64,000 bases of DNA from an uncultured Nitrospira sp. GTDB taxonomy: Bacteria > Nitrospirota > Thermodesulfovibrionia > Thermodesulfovibrionales > UBA6898. Both the position numbers and the translations under genes were made by a program. The DNA lies in NCBI GenBank assembly GCA_963746295.1, contig CAVVAQ010000008.1:42882-106881 (forward strand), in the 5' to 3' direction. The notes beneath the pieces are model-generated. The model was not told where the DNA came from. It searched no databases and worked only from the letters and a program-made list of their open reading frames with translations. This document shows positions 57,408-64,000 of this stretch, piece by piece; the first letter of the stretch is position 1, and each line of letters begins with the position of its first letter.

Positions 57408-57909
57408 TTAGGTTTTATATAATCACGTGGCTGTATCCATTCATGCACGTTCTCACTGAGCCTTTTGCCGGCGTTCCTGATTTGTCATCAGTTCGGCAGA
57501 TCCGTCACATTATTTTCTCATCATATCCCGGGGCGCTCCCTCCTTGTGCTTTGTTTTTGCATTCCTCAAATTTTCCGCCCTTTTTTAGGTGCGGCACTGG
57601 TGAGATAAAACAGCCGGAATGTCACCCATCAATGCACAATACATTACCATGAATTAATGACCACGCCGCTGCTGGTTATTTATTAGTTATTTTAATAAAC
57701 TCATAAGATTTTCTTGACTATGTGCTGTTAATTTTGATAACGTAATCCATCATCTCTGCACCTAAAGAGGCATGTTTATGATTTCCAGGGGATGGCTGGT
57801 AACTCTTGCCGGAACGGGCTTAAGCCCGAAGCCCGGCATTTTATACACCTGGAGTATTTTTTAACAGACAATTTACTGAGACACTGATCAATTTAAGGGG
57901 AGGTTTTTC

Positions 57910-58911
57910 ATGTTGAATCCTTTTTCTCTTATCAAAAAGATAAGTGCATGGTTTACCGCAGGCATTTCGACCAAAGCAAAAATTATCATTATCGCTGTAT
58001 TGCTCATTTTTTCAGTGGGAATACTCTATGCGGCTTACCGGGTGAATGATTATTTTGAAAACGATCCCAGAGCATGTTCTGTCTGCCATGTTCATGATGA
58101 TGCAAACAAGGCATGGGTCACCAGTTCGCATAACGGCATAACCTGCCATGGATGCCATCATGCAACCAGGGTAGATCAGTTGAAGCAGATATATGGCTTT
58201 GTCATCCTCGGCCATAACAAGGTTACCCCGCGGCATGGAAAAGTGATTGTGCCCTGGCAGTTGTGTTTTTCCTGCCATTGGGAAAAGAACGACAAATATC
58301 CGAATGCGCCGGACATCAGCCGCTCGAGATATCACTCAAAGCATGTCTTTATGGAGAGGATCGAATGCACCAAATGCCATGGATACAGGACCCATCAGTT
58401 CAGACTCGAGGAACAGTATTGCCTGACATGCCATAAGAACAAGGAAGTACACGGTACCGGAATGGAGAAGCTTGCCTGTCTGAACTGCCATACCGACAGG
58501 ACACAGGACCTGAAACCCGGACCCAAGAAATGCCTATTCTGTCATGGGAGCGAAAAATACAGAAAAGAACTTCTTGCAGATGCAACGCTCGATGTCAAAT
58601 ATCATCAGCCCGACGAAAAAACAATTCAGAGGGCCATAAAAATAAACAGACCGGACAATGCTCCAATGCAATTCAACTGCCATGAATGCCATAAACCGCA
58701 TCAGGCGGCAAGACCTGACTGGGGCAGCTGTTTTTCATGTCATGAGAATATCGTAAATATCGGCCAGCACAAAAACCATATTCAGGTAATGGGGATGACG
58801 TGCAAACAGTGCCATAAGCCTCATGTCTGGAAAGTAACACCTGAGCAGGCCAAAAAAGAGTGTGTGACCTGTCATGAATACAAAGATCCGAAAAAGTTTC
58901 TCGGGCCCTAG
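57910..58911 (+). CDS. Membrane-anchored undecahaem cytochrome c (NapC/NirT-like N-terminus)
   Basis: N-terminal TM helix. Eleven CXXCH motifs: CSVCH, CHGCH, CFSCH, CTKCH, CLTCH, CLNCH, CLFCH, CHECH, CFSCH, CKQCH, CVTCH. RBS GGGGAGG. Confidence 0.85.
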   Translation: MLNPFSLIKKISAWFTAGISTKAKIIIIAVLLIFSVGILYAAYRVNDYFENDPRACSVCHVHDDANKAWVTSSHNGITCHGCHHATRVDQLKQIYGFVILGHNKVTPRHGKVIVPWQLCFSCHWEKNDKYPNAPDISRSRYHSKHVFMERIECTKCHGYRTHQFRLEEQYCLTCHKNKEVHGTGMEKLACLNCHTDRTQDLKPGPKKCLFCHGSEKYRKELLADATLDVKYHQPDEKTIQRAIKINRPDNAPMQFNCHECHKPHQAARPDWGSCFSCHENIVNIGQHKNHIQVMGMTCKQCHKPHVWKVTPEQAKKECVTCHEYKDPKKFLGP

Positions 58912-59000
58912 CAGATTTCTGAAAAGGCGTTGCAGGAATTTGCTCGTCATACCCGCAATTGAGACGTTTTCATAAATCTGCTGTACCATAGGTTCGGGGG

Positions 59001-60309
59001 TCCAGTTGCGTCATAGTAAAATGTTACCGAAGGATCGTTGTCCCGGTGTTAATTTTGATAGCATAGCTCAAAGATCTTTTTGAGTTTCTTCTCCATGGCC
59101 TTTCTCAGATGAAAAGGGTTAAGAGTTGCAAACAGATCAGAGAGCTTTTTCTTAACCTCAGCTTTGATATACGGTGATTCTATAATTCTCTGATAAGGCG
59201 TCTTTGGACTATCATAACGTTTAATTGTTTTGGAGGCAATTCTCTTTTTTTCTATGAGTTTCACAGATGGGCAGAAGAAGTTGTGAAAGAGTCGCCACTC
59301 TGTTTTGTAAAGCTCATTGAGTAGCGGAACTATCTCTGGGTTATCGAATCTGTGATAGCCAAGCCACTGCCTTACATGGGTCCAGTTTTTCTGTTCGACA
59401 TGGGCGTTGTCATCCTTGTGGTAGGCCCTGCTTCGGGTAAACTGCACAGGATGTTTCCTCTCAGTAAAGTGTCTCAGAAGATGATAGTTGAGGAACTCAG
59501 AGCCGTTATCGCTATCAAACCCCAGCAGGAGAAAAGGCAATGATGCCTCGATATCTTTGATCTGCTCCATTACTGCTGTTTCTCCTTTGCCCCAGACCGC
59601 CCTCTGCTCTGTCCAGCCAGTGGCTATATCTACACAGTCGATAGTAAAGGCAAACATGCCTGCCATGGATGTGCCGCAATGAGCAACAGTATCAGCCTCC
59701 AGAAATCCTGGCTGGCTCTCATCCCACTGGTTTGTCTTTATCGGTATTTGTTTCCTTAATAGCGTTCCGGGTTTTGTTGTGGACTTGCCGCGTCCTTTGT
59801 ACTTTACTCTGACAGGTTTCAACAGCCTGTCAATGCTTGACGGGGAGATCCTCTGGAGGGCTTTAATCACTTCTTCTGTAAGATCGCCATACTGCTGTGC
59901 ATATCCGGGCAACCAAAGCGGTAATACTGCCTTGAGCCGCTTGGAACACGGTAGGTTTGCCGCCAGCCATATCCGCTTGATAGGGACAAGGATTTCCTCT
60001 GTCTGGTATACCGGAACTCTGCCTTTCTTTTTCTGCTTGGGCTTGATAAATCGTCTGAACTTCTTCAGCAGTCGTATGGCATGTTTTCGATGGTATCCGC
60101 AGGCAGAACAGAATTCGTCCAGTATAAGCTTCTTCTGCTTACGGGTACCTGCCTTGTACCTTTGATAAATTGCCTCAAGATACTCTCGCTTCGATCGTGA
60201 ACTCATTAAAACTGCCCCTTTCAATGCATGTCTTTTCGGTAACATGCATTATGAGTCAACGATCCTCTTTGTTTACTCCTTTCGGTAACATTTTTTGTGA
60301 GTCAATTCG
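59001..60309 (-). mobile_element. IS element copy 2 (identical to copy 1), intergenic, 3-bp target duplication GGG
   Basis: Same ends as copy 1. GGG lies at 58998-59000 and at 60310-60312. It sits 89 bp after the undecahaem stop and 36 bp before a TGGTATAAT promoter element. Confidence 0.9.
59049..60245 (-). CDS. DDE (rve-type) transposase, copy 2
   Basis: Translation identical to 47749..48945. Confidence 0.9.
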   Translation of the reverse strand: MLPKRHALKGAVLMSSRSKREYLEAIYQRYKAGTRKQKKLILDEFCSACGYHRKHAIRLLKKFRRFIKPKQKKKGRVPVYQTEEILVPIKRIWLAANLPCSKRLKAVLPLWLPGYAQQYGDLTEEVIKALQRISPSSIDRLLKPVRVKYKGRGKSTTKPGTLLRKQIPIKTNQWDESQPGFLEADTVAHCGTSMAGMFAFTIDCVDIATGWTEQRAVWGKGETAVMEQIKDIEASLPFLLLGFDSDNGSEFLNYHLLRHFTERKHPVQFTRSRAYHKDDNAHVEQKNWTHVRQWLGYHRFDNPEIVPLLNELYKTEWRLFHNFFCPSVKLIEKKRIASKTIKRYDSPKTPYQRIIESPYIKAEVKKKLSDLFATLNPFHLRKAMEKKLKKIFELCYQN

Positions 60310-60345
60310 GGGTAGACAAAAAGTCTGCCCCCTTTCCTGAAACTC

Positions 60346-60354
60346 TGGTATAAT
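60346..60354 (+). promoter_or_regulatory. Extended -10 element TGGTATAAT upstream of the tetrahaem-nrfCD genes
   Basis: Perfect TGnTATAAT about 30 nt upstream of ATG 60385. No recognisable -35. Confidence 0.4.
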
Positions 60355-60384
60355 CAGTAAAAGAACTGATCTTGAAGGAAACCT

Positions 60385-60858
60385 ATGAAAACCCATGTTT
60401 TCAGACCGCTCTGGGTAGTAATCGGCCTCGTCGTCCTTGTACTGATCGCCAGGATCTTCTATGTCCCCAAAAGTTTCGGGGTCCATGAGAGGGGGTATAT
60501 GTACGGCTGGTACCGGGCAGACAATATCGGGGATTGGAAAAAGGTAACCGTCAAATATCAGGGCGCAGACTACTGCATAACCTGCCACCCTGAAAAACAG
60601 GAAAGCATATCCATGACCCCGCATGCGATCATCCAGTGTGAGAACTGCCACGGCCCTGCCAGAGAGCATCCATCCGATCCCCCAAAGCTGACTCTGGACA
60701 AAAGCAGAGGATTATGCCTGCGCTGCCATGCCAGCCTCCCCTATCCAACGAGCGGGAGGGCCAATATCAGGGGCATCGATCCTGACACACACAATCCGGA
60801 CATCGAATGCGTCATGTGCCATAATCCGCATAAGCCGGCCCTGGAGGGTTTACGATGA
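60385..60858 (+). CDS. Membrane-anchored tetrahaem cytochrome c
   Basis: N-terminal TM helix. Four CXXCH motifs: CITCH, CENCH, CLRCH, CVMCH. Confidence 0.8.
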   Translation: MKTHVFRPLWVVIGLVVLVLIARIFYVPKSFGVHERGYMYGWYRADNIGDWKKVTVKYQGADYCITCHPEKQESISMTPHAIIQCENCHGPAREHPSDPPKLTLDKSRGLCLRCHASLPYPTSGRANIRGIDPDTHNPDIECVMCHNPHKPALEGLR

Positions 60859-61639
60859 TAAACAGGAGAGACTTTCTGAAAAATACCGCAAAGGGATCGC
60901 CGGCATAGCCCTCCCCCTGGCAGCATTTGAGATTGTTAATCCTGGAAGACTCTTTGCGGAGAAATCAGACACGTCCGCGGTGCGCTGGGTATTTCTCGTT
61001 GACACCTATAAATGTGTCGGCTGTGGATTGTGTGTAAAGGCGTGCAAGCATGAAAATGAGATACCCTATGACGCCAACGTCACCCGGACATGGGTTGAGA
61101 GATATGTGATAACAAAGGGCGGCAAGACCTTCGCAGATACTCCGAAAGGCGCCCGCGACGGGTTCACCACAGGCAAGATAGACCTCGGCGGGGGGAAATA
61201 CCAGGAGATAAAAAAAGAAGAGATTGAAAAGGCGTTCTTTGTCCCCAAGCTCTGCAATCAGTGCGAAAATCCTCCCTGCGTGCAGGTCTGCCCTGTCGGC
61301 GCGACCTATCAGGCCCCTGACGGCGTCGTCCTGGTCGACCGGTCATGGTGCATCGGGTGCGGCTACTGCATTATGGGGTGCCCCTACGGAGTCAGATTTT
61401 TCCATCCGAAATACCACACAGCCGAAAAATGCAACTTCTGCTATCACCGGATAGCAAAAGGCCTGAAGACCGCCTGCGTGCAGGCGTGTCCCTTCGGCGC
61501 CAGGCAGATCGGAAACATCAAAGACCCGGATGACCCGGTCACGAAGATCATCATGACGGAAAGGGTCGGCATATTGAAAGAGGAATACGGTACAAAGCCC
61601 CAGGTCTTCTATCTGGGTCTGGACAGAGAGGTGAAATAA
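60855..61639 (+). CDS. NrfC/PsrB/DsrO-like Tat-exported four-cluster [4Fe-4S] protein; 1-nt frameshift near 60893
   Basis: ATG 60855 gives the twin-arginine signal MINRRDFLKNTAKG. The rest (IAGIALPLAAF...) is in the frame of ORF 60728..61639, and GGGATC probably stands for GGGAATC. The four Cys groups are CVGCGLCVKAC, CNQCENPPCVQVC, CIGCGYCIMGC and CNFC...CVQAC. Confidence 0.85.
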
Positions 61640-61640
61640 G

Positions 61641-62894
61641 ATGGTACACGGAGAAATCTGGACACTAAAAGAGCTCTTCGTCTACCCGAATGAATATATC
61701 TACTGGAGCATACAGATCGTCATGTATCCTTTTATGACCGGACTTGTTGCCGGCGCCTTTGTGCTCTCGTCGCTCTATCACGTCTTCGGTATAAAACAGC
61801 TCAGGGAAATGGCCCGCTTCGCACTCGTCTTTTCCTTCGCCCTCCTCTTTGTCGCGCCGATGCCGATCGTCCTGCACCTGCAGCACCCGTTCAGGGGCGT
61901 CAACGTGTTCATGACCCCGCATTTCACTTCAGCCATCGCCGCCTTCGGCATCGTCTTTTCGACCTATGGTGCGATCGTGGCTTCGGAACTCTGGTTTCTC
62001 TACCGGAAGCACTTTGTGGAGATCGCCCTTCCGCTGAAGGCAAAGCAGGACAAGAGCCTGACAGAGTGGGCGAGATACCTCGTCTTCTGCGCGCTTACCC
62101 TCGGGGCATACGATATCAGTGAGGAGACGCTGAAAAAAGACGAGAAGGCGATCAAGATCCTTGCCGGGCTCGGCATCCCCGTTGCCTGCTTCCTGCACGG
62201 ATACGCAGGATTCATCTTCGGCTCTGTCAAGGCGAACGCGCTCTGGATGACGCCGTTGATGCCGGTTATCTTCATTATGTCTGCGATCGTCTCGGGGATC
62301 GCCCTCTGCATGCTCACCTATATCCTCACGATGGAGGTGCGGAAGTGGCTGTCGTCGAGGGGGAAGACCGCTACGCAGCGTTTCCAGTCAAAAGAGGAAC
62401 TCGCCGGGGTAGAGGTGAGTGTAATCAGGATGACCGCCCGGTACCTCCTCATGTTCCTTGTTCTTGCAATAACGCTCGAGCTTCTGGATCTTATATTCAG
62501 GGGATATACCGCGGTGAAGTCGTGGGACGTGATCAGGAGCGTCATCTACGGGAAGGATTTCACTGATATTTTTGTCCTGCAATATGGAGTAGGAAATCTC
62601 ATCCCCTTTATCCTCTTCCTGATGCCGGGCCTGACGATCAGGAGAGCGGTGCTCGGCGTTATCCTGGTGCTCTTCGGGGTTTTTATGATGCGGTGGAATG
62701 TTGTAATCGGCGGACAGGCCTTCTCGCTCACCTTTGCGGGATATATGCATTACCATCTCCCGATCATCCCTCATGATTGGGAGACCTTCAAGGAAGGGCT
62801 CGGGGGAGCGCTGCTGATAGGCCTCATGCCGTTTCCGTTATTCTGGCTGATCAGCCAAATTTTCCCTGTCTTCAACGTAAAGGAATCTCATTAA
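61641..62894 (+). CDS. NrfD/PsrC-family integral membrane quinone-interacting subunit
   Basis: 417 aa with about 10 TM helices. It starts 2 nt after the nrfC-like stop, the typical NrfC-NrfD gene pair arrangement. Confidence 0.85.
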   Translation: MVHGEIWTLKELFVYPNEYIYWSIQIVMYPFMTGLVAGAFVLSSLYHVFGIKQLREMARFALVFSFALLFVAPMPIVLHLQHPFRGVNVFMTPHFTSAIAAFGIVFSTYGAIVASELWFLYRKHFVEIALPLKAKQDKSLTEWARYLVFCALTLGAYDISEETLKKDEKAIKILAGLGIPVACFLHGYAGFIFGSVKANALWMTPLMPVIFIMSAIVSGIALCMLTYILTMEVRKWLSSRGKTATQRFQSKEELAGVEVSVIRMTARYLLMFLVLAITLELLDLIFRGYTAVKSWDVIRSVIYGKDFTDIFVLQYGVGNLIPFILFLMPGLTIRRAVLGVILVLFGVFMMRWNVVIGGQAFSLTFAGYMHYHLPIIPHDWETFKEGLGGALLIGLMPFPLFWLISQIFPVFNVKESH

Positions 62895-62916
62895 GACAGA
62901 AGTAAAAACTTTTCCG

Positions 62917-62957
62917 TCTCCCGGCAGGTCCCCGCGCCTGCGGGAGATTATTTTTTT
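62917..62957 (+). terminator. Strong intrinsic terminator after the nrfD-like gene
   Basis: TCTCCCG(G)CAGG-tccccgcg-CCTGCGGGAGA forms 11 bp with one bulge. TTATTTTTTT follows. Confidence 0.7.
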
Positions 62958-62978
62958 ACAGAGATTGGAGTTGTAATT

Positions 62979-63497
62979 ATGGCTGTTTATGACTACAGCA
63001 ACATTGAACGGGCAGAGGCATACCGGATCCTTGCCGAGTTTTTTCTGAAGACGCCTGAAGAGGATATGCTCAGGACCATAAAGGATGATTTCGGGCTCGA
63101 ATCAGAGGAGACAGCGGAGGAGATCAGCAGGGATTTCGACCGCCTCTTTTCCTATCCCGAAGGAAAGCTTCCACCCATAGAATCATTTTTTCTTACCCTG
63201 GAAAGCACCGCGTCAGCAAACGAAGTAGCAGGATTCTACGCCGGCGCAGGCATCACCATAGACGAAGAGTTCGAACTCATACCGGACCACCTGTATCTGG
63301 AACTCCTCTTCATGAGCTATCTGATAGAAACAAACAAATACGATCTCCAGAAAAAATTCCTTGAAGAACACCTTATGAATTGGGTGCCGTATTACTGCGA
63401 CGAATTGGCGAGTCAGGCAAAAACCGTTTTCTACCGTGAGGTAGCGGAAATAACACGTGATTTTCTCGTCTCCGAATCCCGGGAAGAGCTTGAATAG
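62979..63497 (+). CDS. TorD/DmsD-family redox-enzyme maturation chaperone-like protein
   Basis: RAEAYRILAEFFLKTPEED...FELIPDHLYLELLFMSYL...HLMNWVPYY matches the TorD-family pattern (E/PxDH motif). Confidence 0.7.
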   Translation: MAVYDYSNIERAEAYRILAEFFLKTPEEDMLRTIKDDFGLESEETAEEISRDFDRLFSYPEGKLPPIESFFLTLESTASANEVAGFYAGAGITIDEEFELIPDHLYLELLFMSYLIETNKYDLQKKFLEEHLMNWVPYYCDELASQAKTVFYREVAEITRDFLVSESREELE

Positions 63498-63514
63498 TGA
63501 AGGAAGAGAACGGC

Positions 63515-63745
63515 ATGCCGGAAAAACCTTTTCTCAGGCAGTTGTGGCAGGCAAGCTCCATTGGTATCAACCTTGTTTTGTCGACCTTTGTCGGATTGGC
63601 GATCGGCTATGGTCTTGACAGTCTTTTTCACAGCTCTCCCTGGCTTACCCTGATCTTTCTCATACTCGGAATCATCTCAGGGTTCAGAGAACTCTTCCGG
63701 ATGGCGAAAAAACAGGACAATGGACCTGATACAAAAAATACATAG
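63515..63745 (+). CDS. atpZ: AtpZ/AtpI-family small membrane protein of the ATP synthase operon
   Basis: MPEKPFLRQLWQASSIGINLVLSTFVGLAIGYGLD...LTLIFLILGIISGF has two TM helices. ATG 63515 (GAAGGAAGAG upstream) is preferred over GTG 63497. Confidence 0.6.
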   Translation: MPEKPFLRQLWQASSIGINLVLSTFVGLAIGYGLDSLFHSSPWLTLIFLILGIISGFRELFRMAKKQDNGPDTKNT

Positions 63746-64000
63746 GACTTCCCTTATTCTTCTCGTCCCCCTTGCGGCGCTCTCTGCCTTCATTGAATGG
63801 AAAAGACTCCCTCTCAGCATCCTCACCGGCGGTCTCCTCGGGCTTCTGAACCTCAGGGGCCTCGCCTGGGGAGTGCAGGGGCTGCTTGGCTCTCAGAAAG
63901 CCGGGGCGAAGATGCTTTTGTTCAGCCAGTTCAGACTTGTCATGCTCTTTCTTGTCCTGGCAGCGCTCGTATATCTCAAACTCGTCAATATCTTCGGGGT
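63720..64000 (+). CDS. atpI: ATP synthase protein I (AtpI), 5' partial, runs off the window
   Basis: Hand-translated, since it has no stop and is not in the ORF track. The protein reads MDLIQKIHRTSLILLVPLAALSAFIEWKRLPLSILTGGLLGLLNLRGLAWGVQGLLG...FRLVMLFLVLAALVYLKLVN. Confidence 0.6.
   Translation, partial: MDLIQKIHRTSLILLVPLAALSAFIEWKRLPLSILTGGLLGLLNLRGLAWGVQGLLGSQKAGAKMLLFSQFRLVMLFLVLAALVYLKLVNIFG

Noticed and set aside
57443-57909. The 69-aa ORF (57443-57652), a 30-aa ORF (57775-57867) and the GGGCTTAAGCCC palindrome in the 500-bp region upstream of the undecahaem cytochrome gene, as possible leader peptide or attenuator.
   Set aside because: The ORFs have no RBS, no recognisable motif and an odd composition. 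The hairpin is not followed by a U-run. This is probably just a long regulatory 5' region and cannot be resolved without transcript data.
47701-60309. The two IS copies plus the intervening 10 kb as a composite transposon.
   Set aside because: Each copy carries its own matching 3-bp duplication (CTT/CTT, GGG/GGG), and copy 1 splits a gene whose two halves flank that single copy. That indicates independent insertions. The cargo is ordinary housekeeping and respiratory genes.

Overview
This is a chromosomal window from a Gram-negative bacterium. Gene content suggests an anaerobe or microaerophile of the Nitrospirota/Desulfobacterota type, but that is inference only and nothing was searched.

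Content, left to right:
- glmS, uvrD/pcrA, gatC, panD.
- An oxidative-stress cluster: nitroreductase, tpx, Fe/Mn-SOD-like and rubrerythrin-like genes. A radical SAM/SPASM gene is embedded in it.
- 2-oxoacid:ferredoxin oxidoreductase, then a LemA-TPM-TPM operon.
- A 985-aa tetrahaem cytochrome carrying tandem Ig-like repeats.
- ffs-dnaX-ybaB-recR.
- A heavy load of signalling genes: three large PAS-rich hybrid histidine kinases, an SSS-transporter-fused kinase, an orphan solute-binding protein coupled to a kinase, a GGDEF-EAL protein, a stand-alone receiver, a cNMP/CBS/DUF294 nucleotidyltransferase and a sensor-exonuclease fusion.
- mtaD, asd, hemL, a parvulin PPIase, and three more multihaem cytochromes c. 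The four cytochromes carry 4+5+11+4 CXXCH motifs.
- A NrfC/NrfD-type quinone module, a TorD-like chaperone and the start of the atp operon (atpZ, atpI).

Two identical 1309-bp IS copies are present. One interrupts the GGDEF-EAL gene.

Many genes carry frameshifts or an in-frame stop, including essential ones (glmS, dnaX, asd, gatC). I read most of these as assembly indel errors rather than biology. All coordinates of broken genes are therefore approximate.

Best candidates for something new:
1. An unannotated 20-aa Cys-rich peptide gene lies directly behind the RRE-like radical SAM/SPASM enzyme (candidate RiPP locus, 7323-9039).
2. A tightly coupled operon (34992-42525) encodes a receiver, a pseudokinase-exonuclease fusion, a mini membrane protein and an SSS-kinase. 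It sits divergent to a cNMP/CBS/DUF294 nucleotidyltransferase, and the cluster has no DNA-binding output.
3. A cytochrome-NrfCD module has no catalytic molybdoenzyme subunit.

No CRISPR array, tRNA or rRNA was seen.
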